Shown: piece by piece, positions 18,103 through 28,428 of the stretch
Layout of the letters: each line of letters begins with the position of its first letter
Position numbering within the stretch: the stretch's first letter is position 1
From: Minisyncoccota bacterium
GTDB taxonomy: Bacteria > Patescibacteriota > Minisyncoccia > UBA6257 > GWB1-50-10
Length of the DNA stretch: 64,000 nt
Assembly: GCA_020059585.1 (NCBI GenBank)
Contig: JAGVBU010000003.1
Location: 879-64,878 of the forward strand
Direction of reading: 5' to 3'
Notes under the pieces: model-generated
Told to the model about the DNA's origin: nothing
The model's input: only the letters and a program-made list of their open reading frames with translations
Database searches by the model: none
Position numbers and translations under genes: made by a program

Positions 18103-18203
18103 AGGATTTTAGCGAATTGTCAGGATTCTCAAAAGAATAGAATGTAGTTTTGTGGAAGGAGGTACTAAAAAGATTCTGTTTTAATTTTTGATATAATCAC
18201 AAT

Positions 18204-18509
18204 ATGAATAAAAAGATTACGATACTTGCTGTTATTTTTATTGTCGTGATTGCGGCAGTTTATTTTTTTAGAGAAGACGCGGGGGATGGGGTGCTGGAAG
18301 TGGGAGTGCCTACCGCGTGGGAGCGCGCGAAAGAGGCTGTTCTGAACTGCGAGGCAGAGGGCATTTTTCAGACACACGCAAGAGAAGTGAGTGTGAAACT
18401 GAAGAATGGCGGAACGATCACCGCCATAGAGCCGAAAATCGATGATATATTCGATGTTGTGAAAGAAGCCGTGCCGCAATGCGGAACGATTCGTATGGCA
18501 ACGGAATGA
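18204..18509 (+). CDS. Small N-terminally anchored protein with a Cys pair
   Basis: TM at N-terminus; TATAAT six nt before ATG. Confidence 0.75.
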   Translation: MNKKITILAVIFIVVIAAVYFFREDAGDGVLEVGVPTAWERAKEAVLNCEAEGIFQTHAREVSVKLKNGGTITAIEPKIDDIFDVVKEAVPQCGTIRMATE

Positions 18510-18559
18510 TATCTACGGGCATAAAATTTGGATGCAGAAAAACCGCCCTAGGGCGGTTT

Positions 18560-18700
18560 TTAGGAAACCTTACAGAAATGTTTCCCGAGATAGTATGGCC
18601 AGATGATGATGGCGAGAACGCCTTTCCAGAAGGAAAGTTTTAGATATCCTATCGTGAATAACCATCCGATGAACCATAGAACGTCAAATGAGATTTCCAT
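18560..18700 (-). CDS. 46-aa membrane protein (WFIGWLFTIGYL..FWKGVLAIIIWPYYLG)
   Basis: Two TM segments; TGCTATAAT seven nt before ATG. Confidence 0.7.
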   Translation of the reverse strand: MEISFDVLWFIGWLFTIGYLKLSFWKGVLAIIIWPYYLGKHFCKVS

Positions 18701-18812
18701 AGGAGCAATTATAGCACATTCTTTGTTGTCGGTTTGTCGGTCTTTCATTCCTCCGCGCCAACGAGAGTAGTATTGAAAAAACATATAGGACTGTCTTATT
18801 CTTGATAGATCA

Positions 18813-19883
18813 ATGGAACATGCGTCCGCACATCCGAACAGGAAGAAACGAAACGTTTTCGTCTCTTACATAAAGGGATTGGCGATGTTCGGTATTGTGC
18901 TTGTACACCTTATTAATTGGTCCAATCTTTCGCTTCCGTGGGGCGCGCTTCTTGCGAAAGAGGTGCTTCATACAGGACTTTTTCTTTTTGTACTCACCAC
19001 GGGGAGTGTTGTATTTATCGCTTACGCACACCGTCCGTCTCTCTGGAAATCATCAATCCGTTTTTTTTATCGCGCCCTGCAGCTTCTTTTCGTGTATTAT
19101 CTCTACAATATCGCGAAGTTCCTTGTTTTCGATTTTTCGACCCAGCCATTCTATCTCCAGTTTATTGAGCGGGGGACATTTTCGATTTCCGGAATCCTTG
19201 CGTTCAAAAGCTTTTCCGTTCCTATCACTATTCTCCCGACATATTCTATCCTTCTCTTTTTAGCTCCACTTCTCCTTCTGTTCCATAAGCGCATTCCATA
19301 CGCGAAGATTTGGATGTTGCTTCTTGCTGCGGGTATTTTCGCGATGAACTACGCGAGTCCGATGCCATCTTTTGATCATCCTTTTATCGCGTTTCTTTAT
19401 GCGCACGGATATTCCATTGTTTCCGTGGCACTTTGGATATTCCCGTTCATTTTGGGGTTTTTTCTCGCGCAGACTGGGTTTGAGAAAAATACGTTTCGTA
19501 TTCTAATCGGAAGTGGCGTACTTACGCTCGCATACGGAATTTCATTTTTTGCGCGACAGGAATCATTCTTTCCTTCGGATTATCAATTTCCTCTCGGTCC
19601 ATATTTGATGACATTCAGTCTCTTTATTTTTTCCGTCCTCGTCTATCTTTTTCGATTTCTTGAGACGCGGAGCGAAAACGTGGTTAAACATATCCTTTTG
19701 ATCGTACGATATGTCGGAAATCACACGCTTTTTGTCTACGTTTTTCACTGGATAGTCATTGATATTACCGTATGGATTTTTTCCCCGCACGTTTGGGTTA
19801 TTTGGATTTCCGTTCCGGCAACTCTTGCTTTTTATGTTCTTTTCCGAAGATCGGGTGTCGCCGATATAGGGCAAAATGGATAA
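18813..19883 (+). CDS. Polytopic acyltransferase-3/OpgC-like membrane protein
   Basis: IKGLAMFGIVLVH and VGNHTLFVYVFH motifs; about 10 TM. Confidence 0.75.
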   Translation: MEHASAHPNRKKRNVFVSYIKGLAMFGIVLVHLINWSNLSLPWGALLAKEVLHTGLFLFVLTTGSVVFIAYAHRPSLWKSSIRFFYRALQLLFVYYLYNIAKFLVFDFSTQPFYLQFIERGTFSISGILAFKSFSVPITILPTYSILLFLAPLLLLFHKRIPYAKIWMLLLAAGIFAMNYASPMPSFDHPFIAFLYAHGYSIVSVALWIFPFILGFFLAQTGFEKNTFRILIGSGVLTLAYGISFFARQESFFPSDYQFPLGPYLMTFSLFIFSVLVYLFRFLETRSENVVKHILLIVRYVGNHTLFVYVFHWIVIDITVWIFSPHVWVIWISVPATLAFYVLFRRSGVADIGQNG

Positions 19884-19906
19884 AAAGCGGTTATACTACG
19901 CATATC

Positions 19907-20290
19907 ATGCATAAGAAAAAAACAATGCGTATGGCGATTGGAGCCGCGCTTTTTGGAATATTGCTTCTCCTCTGGGTGAATGGCGCTGTAGGTATCATCG
20001 GGAATGAGGACAACCCGATGAATCTTATGTATCTCGGCGTGATTGCCGTTATTATTATTGGCTCCGTTGTTACGTGGATGAGGCCCCGCAGAATGATGTG
20101 GGTGATGTATATGGCGGCATTTGCGCAGGTGTTGGTTCCCGCGATCGCGCTTCTCATCTCCAAGGAAGTATCTTGGGGTTCGGCGGGGGTTAAAGGCGTA
20201 TTCGTATTCAACGCATTTTTCGCTTTGCCGTTTATTGCATCAGCCCTCCTATTTCACAGAGTGAATATTGCTGACGTGATGCGGGGATAA
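19907..20290 (+). CDS. Membrane protein (4 TM)
   Basis: LLWVNGAVGIIGNEDNPMNLMY; start at MHKKK. Confidence 0.75.
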   Translation: MHKKKTMRMAIGAALFGILLLLWVNGAVGIIGNEDNPMNLMYLGVIAVIIIGSVVTWMRPRRMMWVMYMAAFAQVLVPAIALLISKEVSWGSAGVKGVFVFNAFFALPFIASALLFHRVNIADVMRG

Positions 20291-20363
20291 ATTTTTCCTC
20301 CAATTCGCGTTTTTTTTCTCAATAATGGCGTTTTTCGCGGTTAGGGCGTATGATGATTGTTCT

Positions 20364-21629
20364 ATGACACCAATATCAAAAGGATTCGGGGGGCTCTCAA
20401 TCGCGCCGAGCGTTTTGGGAGTGCTTGATTATTTTAAATTTGTAACTCCTACTCCGATTCAGGAGCAATCGATTCCCATCGCCATCGAGCGAAAGGATCT
20501 CATTGGCATCGCGCAGACGGGCACGGGAAAGACTCTTGCGTTCGGCATTCCTCTTTTACAGTATGGGCTTCAGGGGAAACGTGCGCTTGTTGTGGTGCCG
20601 ACGCGGGAACTCGCGCTTCAGGTAAGCGAAACACTGAGAAAACTCGGGGTACGCATTAATGTTCGTACGGCAACGCTTATCGGCGGAGAGCCAATGTGGC
20701 GCCAACTGAAGGACCTTGAAAAGAAACCTCATATTGTTGTGGGAACTCCCGGAAGAATTATTGATCACCTTGAACAGAAAACCGTTTCATTTTCCGATTT
20801 TGAGACGCTTGTGCTTGATGAGGCGGATCGAATGCTCGATATGGGATTTGCACCGCAATTGAAGCGCATTCTCACGGTCTTTCCGAAAGAGCGGCACACG
20901 ATGCTTTTTTCGGCGACGATGCCGATTGAGATCGTGAAAATCACGCGCGCGTATATGAAACTTCCGGTGCAGATACAAATCGCGCCGACGGGAACGACAG
21001 CGAAAGACGTGACGCAGGAAATATTTTTTGTGCCTCAAGAATCGAAACAGCAGCTTCTTGAGAAAATTCTCTATGACTATCACGGTTCTATTTTGGTATT
21101 TTGCAGAATGAAACATAGCGTGAAACGAATTACCGCGCACGTGCGTACTTTGGGACATACCGCCGCGGAAATTCATTCAAACCGCACACTCAATCAGAGA
21201 CGCGACGCGCTTGAAGGATTCAAATCGGGAAGATACCGCGTGCTGATCGCGACCGATGTCGCGTCTCGTGGGATTGATGTAAAGAATATTGAACTCGTGG
21301 TGAATTTTGATCTTCCGATGATTGCGGAGGATTATGTGCATCGCATCGGGCGTACGGGGCGCGCGGGAGAACATGGACACGCGATTTCATTTGCGCGGCC
21401 GGATGAACGGAGGGATATCCAGGCAATTGAGAGACTTATCAGAAAGGCGCTTCCCGTATCGAAACTTCCCGATCTGCCGCCTCCACGTCCCACGCGAACG
21501 AGCGAGCGGGCATATCGCGCCCACGCCTCAACGCAGTCACGCAATCCAAGAAGAAATCCGGCGCCCCGAGGAAGATTTTCCTCCTCCCGCAGCGGCGCGC
21601 GTTCGAATTTCAGACGGAGAACACGCTAG
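20364..21629 (+). CDS. DEAD-box RNA helicase (RhlE-like)
   Basis: PTPIQ, AQTGTGKT, PTRELA, TPGR, DEAD, SAT, HRIGRTGR; Arg-rich tail. Confidence 0.95.
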   Translation: MTPISKGFGGLSIAPSVLGVLDYFKFVTPTPIQEQSIPIAIERKDLIGIAQTGTGKTLAFGIPLLQYGLQGKRALVVVPTRELALQVSETLRKLGVRINVRTATLIGGEPMWRQLKDLEKKPHIVVGTPGRIIDHLEQKTVSFSDFETLVLDEADRMLDMGFAPQLKRILTVFPKERHTMLFSATMPIEIVKITRAYMKLPVQIQIAPTGTTAKDVTQEIFFVPQESKQQLLEKILYDYHGSILVFCRMKHSVKRITAHVRTLGHTAAEIHSNRTLNQRRDALEGFKSGRYRVLIATDVASRGIDVKNIELVVNFDLPMIAEDYVHRIGRTGRAGEHGHAISFARPDERRDIQAIERLIRKALPVSKLPDLPPPRPTRTSERAYRAHASTQSRNPRRNPAPRGRFSSSRSGARSNFRRRTR

Positions 21630-21653
21630 TATTCTCTGGTATACTGTTTATAT

Positions 21654-21980
21654 ATGTTCAAGAAATATATTGAATATCTCAAAGATAATCCTGAAGGATA
21701 CTGGTTTAAGGCAAAATGGTACGGATGGGGATGGACCCCCGCCAGATGGGAGGGATGGGTGGTCACGTTCGTGTATGTAGCGCTTCTCATATTAAGCGGA
21801 CTTACAATTGATGAAAATTCATCGAACAGAGAAGCGGCATTCACGTTTTTCATTCCCGTAGGTATTCTCACCGCACTATTTATCCGCATCGCTTATAAAA
21901 AAGGAGAGCCGCCTCGCTGGAGATGGGGATATCCCGAAAAGGGAAAAGAGACTCGCCAAGATTCAGATATAAAAGATTAA
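21654..21980 (+). CDS. Small membrane protein (WFKAKWYGWGWTPARWEGW)
   Basis: Trp-rich motif plus two TM segments. Confidence 0.78.
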   Translation: MFKKYIEYLKDNPEGYWFKAKWYGWGWTPARWEGWVVTFVYVALLILSGLTIDENSSNREAAFTFFIPVGILTALFIRIAYKKGEPPRWRWGYPEKGKETRQDSDIKD

Positions 21981-22044
21981 GAATTGGAAGTGAGAGGGGA
22001 ATCGTATTATAAAAATCCGCCACGTGAAAGTGGCGGGAGTTTTT

Positions 22045-23463
22045 TTATTTTCCTAATAGATATTGAATCGCTTGCGCGGCAGAGTAGGAACTTTCTTCAT
22101 TCTCCATGAGAAATGGAAGAAAATGCACATCATCGCCCAAGGTGACGATTGGAGGTTCTTCCTCGTCTCCGAGATTCGCGGCGGAGATAAGTCCGTTGCA
22201 AAGACATCCGCGTCCGACTGCGTCCGCAATATTGCCGCCTTTTGCGGAATATTTGTCCACGGGTTCGCTTGGACACCGGGAACCTATTGTTCCGTTCGGG
22301 CGTTCATAGAGAGACACAAGTTCTCCTTGATTACAGATACGCGTTCGCGCGGCATATACTTCCGGTTTTGCGATAGTATCGTCGAGATCCACTACCTTAA
22401 ATGGAAATCCGGTAGGTGAGATTCTCATATCGGTTTTAACGGTAAGCGTTTTTTTAAAACCGCGTGTACGGATTCTTCTGCGGATATCAGGATCCATTCC
22501 CGATTCTTCCGAAAGCGCAAAAATGGAACCCGCTTGGATACCTGCGGCACCGATTGAAAGCGCCCATTCGAGCTTTTCGGGTGACGCACATGAACCACCG
22601 ATCCAGAATGGTACGCCAAGAGACGTCATCGCGCGGTAATCCACTTCATCTTTCTTTCCATAGACAGGTTGCGGTTCACCCCATTCGTTCACTATAGGTT
22701 TCCGTGGAGGCGCGTTGTGTCCTCCTGCGGTGGGTTCTTCCACTACAAATCCGTAAACGCTTCCCAGCGGAAGTTTATTCATGAAAATGTTTGCGAGAAG
22801 ATTCGACGCGACAATAGGAATAAATCCGGGTTTTTTCATTATCGGAAGAGGACTCCCGAAAAATTTTTCCGGTTCAAAAGCCATTGTGTGGCTTGTGATG
22901 TTCTTTCCGATGACGGGAATGCGATAACGGGCAGTACGTCCCTCGGCAATATCATTAATAAGTTCCGGAATCTGAAGGGGAATACCCGCACCCATTGTTA
23001 TGAAATCTACGCCGGCAAGCATTGCGCCGGTGATTGCGTAGGGATGGGGCATTGCCACTTTCTCAAGATAATTGATGCTTATCGGATTCGGATTATTTTC
23101 TTTTGCGAGCCATACAAATGCATAGCTTGCGCATACCGTAAGCGCGATAAGAAGACGTGACGGATGAGCGGTAAATACAGGAGTCGCTTTGAATGGTGTT
23201 CCTTTCGGAATTCCGTTACGCACATAATATCGCTCTATAATTTCTTCGGCGACCGATGGAAACGGAAAGTGCGCGAGCGCCCGGCGGATGTGTCCTCCGG
23301 GATCTCCTTTCTGGAGAATTCTTGTGATGATGCGCTGAAGCGCAACACCGGATACCGTGCCTTGTTCACCAAGAAGCGACACGGTTCGCGCAAGAAGCCA
23401 TCCGGAAATGTTCACTCCCATCCCGCCTTGAATGATTTTTGGTCTTACAAGAGGGCTTTTCAC
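22045..23463 (-). CDS. Nitronate monooxygenase (2-nitropropane dioxygenase) family flavoprotein
   Basis: IIQGGMG, MGAGIP, AGGHNAPP, GIQAGS, SPTGFPFK; GTG start with AAGGAG SD. Confidence 0.88.
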   Translation of the reverse strand: MKSPLVRPKIIQGGMGVNISGWLLARTVSLLGEQGTVSGVALQRIITRILQKGDPGGHIRRALAHFPFPSVAEEIIERYYVRNGIPKGTPFKATPVFTAHPSRLLIALTVCASYAFVWLAKENNPNPISINYLEKVAMPHPYAITGAMLAGVDFITMGAGIPLQIPELINDIAEGRTARYRIPVIGKNITSHTMAFEPEKFFGSPLPIMKKPGFIPIVASNLLANIFMNKLPLGSVYGFVVEEPTAGGHNAPPRKPIVNEWGEPQPVYGKKDEVDYRAMTSLGVPFWIGGSCASPEKLEWALSIGAAGIQAGSIFALSEESGMDPDIRRRIRTRGFKKTLTVKTDMRISPTGFPFKVVDLDDTIAKPEVYAARTRICNQGELVSLYERPNGTIGSRCPSEPVDKYSAKGGNIADAVGRGCLCNGLISAANLGDEEEPPIVTLGDDVHFLPFLMENEESSYSAAQAIQYLLGK

Positions 23464-23580
23464 GGCTACTCTCCTTTCTTGTGTATTTGTTATTGATCTA
23501 TATAAATGATATCAGTCTTTTCTTGTTTGTCGAAAATTAATGATTCTTGTAATATCGCTGTTTTCTTGGTGTTATTAAAC

Positions 23581-23610
23581 ATAAAAAATTCCCGACAGAG
23601 TTGTCGGGAA
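23581..23610 (-). terminator. Intrinsic terminator, near-identical to 59497..59526
   Basis: ATAAAAAATTCCCGAC-N6-GTCGGGAA. Confidence 0.7.
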
Positions 23611-23623
23611 AATGTGCGGTCTT

Positions 23624-24070
23624 TTATTCAATTAACTTTGCGCCGGCAGAGAATGCGACACGGATCGCTTTTCTAATGTTATTATAGTGCGTTCCAACTT
23701 TTTTTATTTTCTGCATTCTCGTATTATATCCGGTGAGTTCCACTACTATTTTTTTATCCTCGTAGTACGCATCTAATTCAAATCCTTTGTATATCCATGC
23801 GTCTAATGGATCGTTTCCAGAAGGTACTGCACCGGTAAGATAGTGGGGATATATTTTTCCGTACACTTTTTCATATTTCCTTCTCCCCGCAAGGTAATCT
23901 TCGTTTGCATGAGAAAACGCATCTGCCGCCATAGGATGTTCTCCATATCCCACAAGATCTCCTCCGCGTTTTTCTTTTTCGATTCTCACCACCCGCAATC
24001 CTCCTCCAGAACGGAAAGCGTGAAGCACGCATCCGTTTTTTAATGCGGTTACGATACCTGAAAGTTTCAT
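23624..24070 (-). CDS. Hypothetical protein (orphan cassette)
   Basis: 148-aa ORF, GAGG SD, TTGACA-N17-CATAAT at 24108-24136. Confidence 0.72.
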   Translation of the reverse strand: MKLSGIVTALKNGCVLHAFRSGGGLRVVRIEKEKRGGDLVGYGEHPMAADAFSHANEDYLAGRRKYEKVYGKIYPHYLTGAVPSGNDPLDAWIYKGFELDAYYEDKKIVVELTGYNTRMQKIKKVGTHYNNIRKAIRVAFSAGAKLIE

Positions 24071-24183
24071 AGAACCTCTCTATAATTTAATGAAAAATCT
24101 GTTTTTCATTATGTAATTATTTTGTTTTTTTGTCAATTAAATCCCGTGCATTCGATGTGTCATCCGTGGTATTCTGAATATAT

Positions 24184-24978
24184 ATGAAATGGCCGCATAC
24201 ACTCACTTTTATACGCCACGGAGAGTCCGCGTATAACGAACTCAAAGAAAAGAAACGGATTCACGCGGATTATGATCGTTTTTGCACGGTGTTTGATCGC
24301 GATTTCGCGCACGCGAAGGATGAAGCGTGGCCAAGCGAGGAATTGAAGGAACTTGCGGAAAAGATATGGCACGAAACGACGCTTTCGATGAGCGACTATG
24401 ACACGCCGCTCACGCGCGCGGGACTTTTGCAGGCTAAAAAGGTGGGAAAGAAACTTGAGTCCTCAATCCCATTTCCCTCGGTGATATATGTGTCTCCCTA
24501 TGTGCGGACGCGGCAAACCTTTGAGGCAATCCGCGGCGAGTGGAAAGAATTGGCGAAGGTAAAAACCGTATATGAAGAGCGTATTCGTGAGCAGGAGCAC
24601 GGGCTTGCAACAGTGTTTAATGATTGGCGGGTGTACAATGTCAAAAATCCTCTCCAGGCGCTTCTCTATAAGATGGAGGGGGGATATGAATACAGATTTT
24701 TGAATGGCGAGAGCAAGGCGGATGTCCGCGATCGGGTGCGTGATTTTCTTGGAACCCTTGTCCGGGAGCACGCGGAAGAGCACGTGCTTGTGATTTCCCA
24801 CCATCTCACCATCCTTTCCTTCCGCGCAAATTTAGAACATTGGGACAGGGATCAGTTCATAACAACGGACAAGAATGAGGCGCCTATCAATTGCGGTATT
24901 ACGATGTATCAGGGGCATCCCGAACTTGGAAAGGAGGGGAAACTTCTGCTCGATATCTATAATAAAAAACTATATTAA
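24184..24978 (+). CDS. Histidine phosphatase (PGM family)
   Basis: IRHGES, SPYVRTRQT, IREQ, GES, VISHH. Confidence 0.92.
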   Translation: MKWPHTLTFIRHGESAYNELKEKKRIHADYDRFCTVFDRDFAHAKDEAWPSEELKELAEKIWHETTLSMSDYDTPLTRAGLLQAKKVGKKLESSIPFPSVIYVSPYVRTRQTFEAIRGEWKELAKVKTVYEERIREQEHGLATVFNDWRVYNVKNPLQALLYKMEGGYEYRFLNGESKADVRDRVRDFLGTLVREHAEEHVLVISHHLTILSFRANLEHWDRDQFITTDKNEAPINCGITMYQGHPELGKEGKLLLDIYNKKLY

Positions 24979-24987
24979 TCTTCCGCT

Positions 24988-26061
24988 ATGCTCCGCGAAC
25001 AGATAGCACATTCCATTTCAGCGCGGGCAGAGGATGCCATTCGAACGAATGTTTTTCCCGGATGCGTCATAGGTATCGTGCGCGCGGATGGGGAGAGGTT
25101 GGTGCTTCCTTTTGGGAGATATACATATGAGGAAGAATCGCCCGCCGTGGAAGATAATTCCGTGTACGACATGGCGTCTGTCACGAAATCAATCCCCACC
25201 GCGTCGCTTCTTATGCTCCTTGTGGAGCGAGGGGTGGTGTCTCTTGATGATCTAGTGACGCGCTATATTCCCGAGTTCGGGAATCATCACGGAAAAGACA
25301 ACGTATCGCTTCGCCATCTTCTTTCTTATACCCTCGATCTTGAGGTGCCCACGATGTCGTCTTTAAAAGATCGCACTCCCGAAGAAATCGTGTCCGCGAT
25401 CGTGTCCGCTCCGCTCCGTCGTCCTCCCGGATCTTCATATCTTTACACGAATTCTACCGCGTGCATTATCGGACTCGTGCTAAGGAACGCATCCGGAAAA
25501 AACATTGATACTTTTGCGGAAGAAGAATTCTTTTCTCCGCTTGAAATGCGTTCTTCGACATTTCATCCGGAAGTTTTTGAAAAGAAGCGTATTATTCCGA
25601 CCGAATTCGATCTATGGAGAGGAATTCTTGTTCACGGAGAAGTGCATGACGAAAGCACCGCGGTGTTGAACAGAAAATTCATACTCGGTATTTCCGGACT
25701 TTTTTCATCCGCTCCCGATATTCTTAATTTTCTCGAGATGCTTCTTTACGGCGGAACACGCGGAGGGATCCGATATTTTTCCGAATCGACAATTCGCATG
25801 ATGGAAACAAATCAGATTTCGCATCTCGATGATTTCGCGAGTTTTGGGTGGGAGTTAAATCAGAAGTGGTTTATGGGGCGTAATGCGGGTCCCCATACTT
25901 TCGGAAAAACGGGATTCACGGGTACATGCGTCGTGTGCGATGTCGAACGCGGGATTGCATACACCATTCTTTCAAATAGAATATTTCCAAAACGCCCCGA
26001 AAATTCATCCGCAATAAACGCGTTCCGCGCGGCTATCGGAGAAATCATTCTTTCCTTATGA
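24988..26061 (+). CDS. Serine hydrolase, beta-lactamase/AmpC-like family
   Basis: ASVTK (SxxK), YLYTN, GEVHDE, GLFSSA, GKTGFTG. Confidence 0.9.
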   Translation: MLREQIAHSISARAEDAIRTNVFPGCVIGIVRADGERLVLPFGRYTYEEESPAVEDNSVYDMASVTKSIPTASLLMLLVERGVVSLDDLVTRYIPEFGNHHGKDNVSLRHLLSYTLDLEVPTMSSLKDRTPEEIVSAIVSAPLRRPPGSSYLYTNSTACIIGLVLRNASGKNIDTFAEEEFFSPLEMRSSTFHPEVFEKKRIIPTEFDLWRGILVHGEVHDESTAVLNRKFILGISGLFSSAPDILNFLEMLLYGGTRGGIRYFSESTIRMMETNQISHLDDFASFGWELNQKWFMGRNAGPHTFGKTGFTGTCVVCDVERGIAYTILSNRIFPKRPENSSAINAFRAAIGEIILSL

Positions 26062-27680
26062 CACATTCAATCACGTCAAAATATAAGGGTATCGCGATTT
26101 TCGGCGCGCCGGGAACCGGAAAAACGACTGTGGCGCGTCTCCTTCTTTCGGAAATTCCGGAGTCGAAATATATCGAAACATCCCATTGCGTCATCTATCC
26201 CGCGATGGCGATGAAAGATCATCTTCCCGAAAAGAAGAGAGCGTTCATCCGAATGCTCGCGGATCAATATGGCGCTCGCATGTCTTTTCACGCGGCACGG
26301 AATGACGCGCGTGAGTTTTCGACATATTTAAAGCACGCGTACGCGCCGGCGATCATCGCGGAAACACTTGAGGCGATTCACAGGAATAAATTTTCAAAGA
26401 AATTTGCCGTGATTGCGGGCACGCGTGGATATGCAAATGCAGTCCACCTCAAGAAGAGGGGATATTTTGTCGCGTATCTCGAAACGGGCGGATCTCACGC
26501 GACGCGGCGTGTCGCGCGAAGGGATCGTCTTTCAACGGCTGCCGCGCGCAAAGAACGCATGATTGAAGAAAAAATTTTTTCCACGAGCAACGTGAAAAAA
26601 ATCGCGCATATTTCTTTTAATACGGGAGCACTACCGAAAGAGCGTATTGTCGCGGACATAATGGCGCGCACCTTCCCTCGAGAATGTGCTCGATGCGTCA
26701 ATTCAAATGTAAATCCCGCGTGTCATATAGGAAAATCCGGATTATGCGATATATGCGAACGATACGCGCGAGATTTTGCCAAAGCGCCTCTTAAGAAAGA
26801 AAAGCGATTTTTAGAGTCACTCAAAGGAAGCGGAAGGGGAGCATATGACGCGCTTGTGGGAATCTCGGGAGGAAAGGACAGCACCGCGGTGTTATATGAG
26901 GTAAAAAAGATGGGATTTCGGCCTCTCGCGTTTTCCCTTGATACGGGATATTATCCAAGACATATTTTTCCGCGCGCGCGGCGCGTCGCGGAACAGCTTA
27001 GCGTTCCTTATAAAAAAATAGACGCGAGAAAATATATGCGTCCCTCAGACGTGGAAAGCTTTCGAAAGACCGCCGCGCTCTATGAAGAAAAAGAATCAGA
27101 CGCGCTCGGAGAAAAATTCAGAACATGGTACGCGGAAGATCGGCGCCATTATTCCATCAAGTGCGTTCACGCGCTTCCGTTCGTTCGCACGTGCCAGCTT
27201 TGCAGGAGAATGATCATTCGCGCGTATTATGGCGAGGCAATCGCGCATGGTGTTCGTCTTGTGATACTCGGCATCAACGAATGGGCGGGACTCAGCCAGA
27301 ATACGTCATCTAAAAAATTTGTATTTTCGGCGATACGGGAATTAAAGCCGTTTGCGCGCAAACCCTCGGTATATGTAGTGCATCTTCCGTTTCTTTTAGG
27401 AAGAACAAGCAAGGACACGCGCGCAATATTGAAAAAAATCGGTTGGAAGATTCCTTCAAGAGAATCATTTATTGAATCGAATTCGAATTCATGTCTCTTT
27501 GCGCGCGCCGCGGAAAGCAAAGCGCGGCGAATGCTCGGATTTCATCCTGACGCGACGCGTCTTGCGCGCGAAGTGACGGTGGGATTTATCACGAAAAAGC
27601 AGGCGCATGCCGCGTTGAAGAAAACGCACCGCTTCCGCCACTCAGTGCATACGGTGTTGAGGAGAGCGGGTATACTCTGA
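26058..27680 (+). CDS. Fusion: N-terminal P-loop kinase + C-terminal PP-loop ATP pyrophosphatase (N-acetyl-sugar amidotransferase/QueC-like)
   Basis: GAPGTGKT; then CARC...CDIC, VGISGGKDS, CQLC; ATGA overlap with the upstream gene. Confidence 0.78.
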   Translation: MTHSITSKYKGIAIFGAPGTGKTTVARLLLSEIPESKYIETSHCVIYPAMAMKDHLPEKKRAFIRMLADQYGARMSFHAARNDAREFSTYLKHAYAPAIIAETLEAIHRNKFSKKFAVIAGTRGYANAVHLKKRGYFVAYLETGGSHATRRVARRDRLSTAAARKERMIEEKIFSTSNVKKIAHISFNTGALPKERIVADIMARTFPRECARCVNSNVNPACHIGKSGLCDICERYARDFAKAPLKKEKRFLESLKGSGRGAYDALVGISGGKDSTAVLYEVKKMGFRPLAFSLDTGYYPRHIFPRARRVAEQLSVPYKKIDARKYMRPSDVESFRKTAALYEEKESDALGEKFRTWYAEDRRHYSIKCVHALPFVRTCQLCRRMIIRAYYGEAIAHGVRLVILGINEWAGLSQNTSSKKFVFSAIRELKPFARKPSVYVVHLPFLLGRTSKDTRAILKKIGWKIPSRESFIESNSNSCLFARAAESKARRMLGFHPDATRLAREVTVGFITKKQAHAALKKTHRFRHSVHTVLRRAGIL

Positions 27681-27765
27681 ATTCGTCCTTCCGATCTGCT
27701 ACACTGAATAATAGAAGGATTCACATCAACTAATATGCACGCGCTGAGAAGAAAGGAGGTGCGCC

Positions 27766-28362
27766 ATGAAAAGAATAGTACGCATTTCGTTTATTGCGGT
27801 GTTTTTTGCGCTCGTGTTCGCGATGTCGGGGTGCTACACTTCGCTCCACATACAAGAACGGGAACACGCCGTGATTTCCACGGATTCCGTTTCGTATGAT
27901 GTATCGGTTGTCATATTTCCTCGCTACCGCGACTATCGTTTTTATCCGGGATATTCCGATTTCTATTTTTATCCTTATTGGCGTCATTACGGCTCTTATT
28001 ATTCTCCATGGAATTATCCATGGTACCGATTCGGGCTGTATTGGAATGGCCATACGATAGGATGGTGGAATGATCGTTATATTCGCCCTTGGTATATCCA
28101 TCCGAACGTGAAATACAGACCTCCTCCACGCACGCGGGATACTATGGGCGGAAGGGGCTTCATACGGAAAGAAGGATCTTTGATGCGAGATAACGACGCG
28201 GAAAAAGAAAGACAGAAACGCATCATGCCACGCACGAATTCGGGAAAAGAAAGAACACGCGAAGGGGTGTCGCCGCGAAAGGAAAGAGTTCCCGACAAGG
28301 GAAAATCTCCAGAGAAGACTCCGACAAAAAGGGGGTCGGTACGGGAGCGGGGACGCCGCTAA
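27766..28362 (+). CDS. Putative lipoprotein with Tyr/Trp-rich core and Arg-rich tail
   Basis: Lipobox AMSG-C; AAGGAGGT SD; hairpin terminator after the stop. Confidence 0.7.
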   Translation: MKRIVRISFIAVFFALVFAMSGCYTSLHIQEREHAVISTDSVSYDVSVVIFPRYRDYRFYPGYSDFYFYPYWRHYGSYYSPWNYPWYRFGLYWNGHTIGWWNDRYIRPWYIHPNVKYRPPPRTRDTMGGRGFIRKEGSLMRDNDAEKERQKRIMPRTNSGKERTREGVSPRKERVPDKGKSPEKTPTKRGSVRERGRR

Positions 28363-28428
28363 TCATCATTCCGTTGCATCACGCAACGGAATTTTTATAA
28401 AAGGAGGTGTTCGTTGTATAATTTTTTT

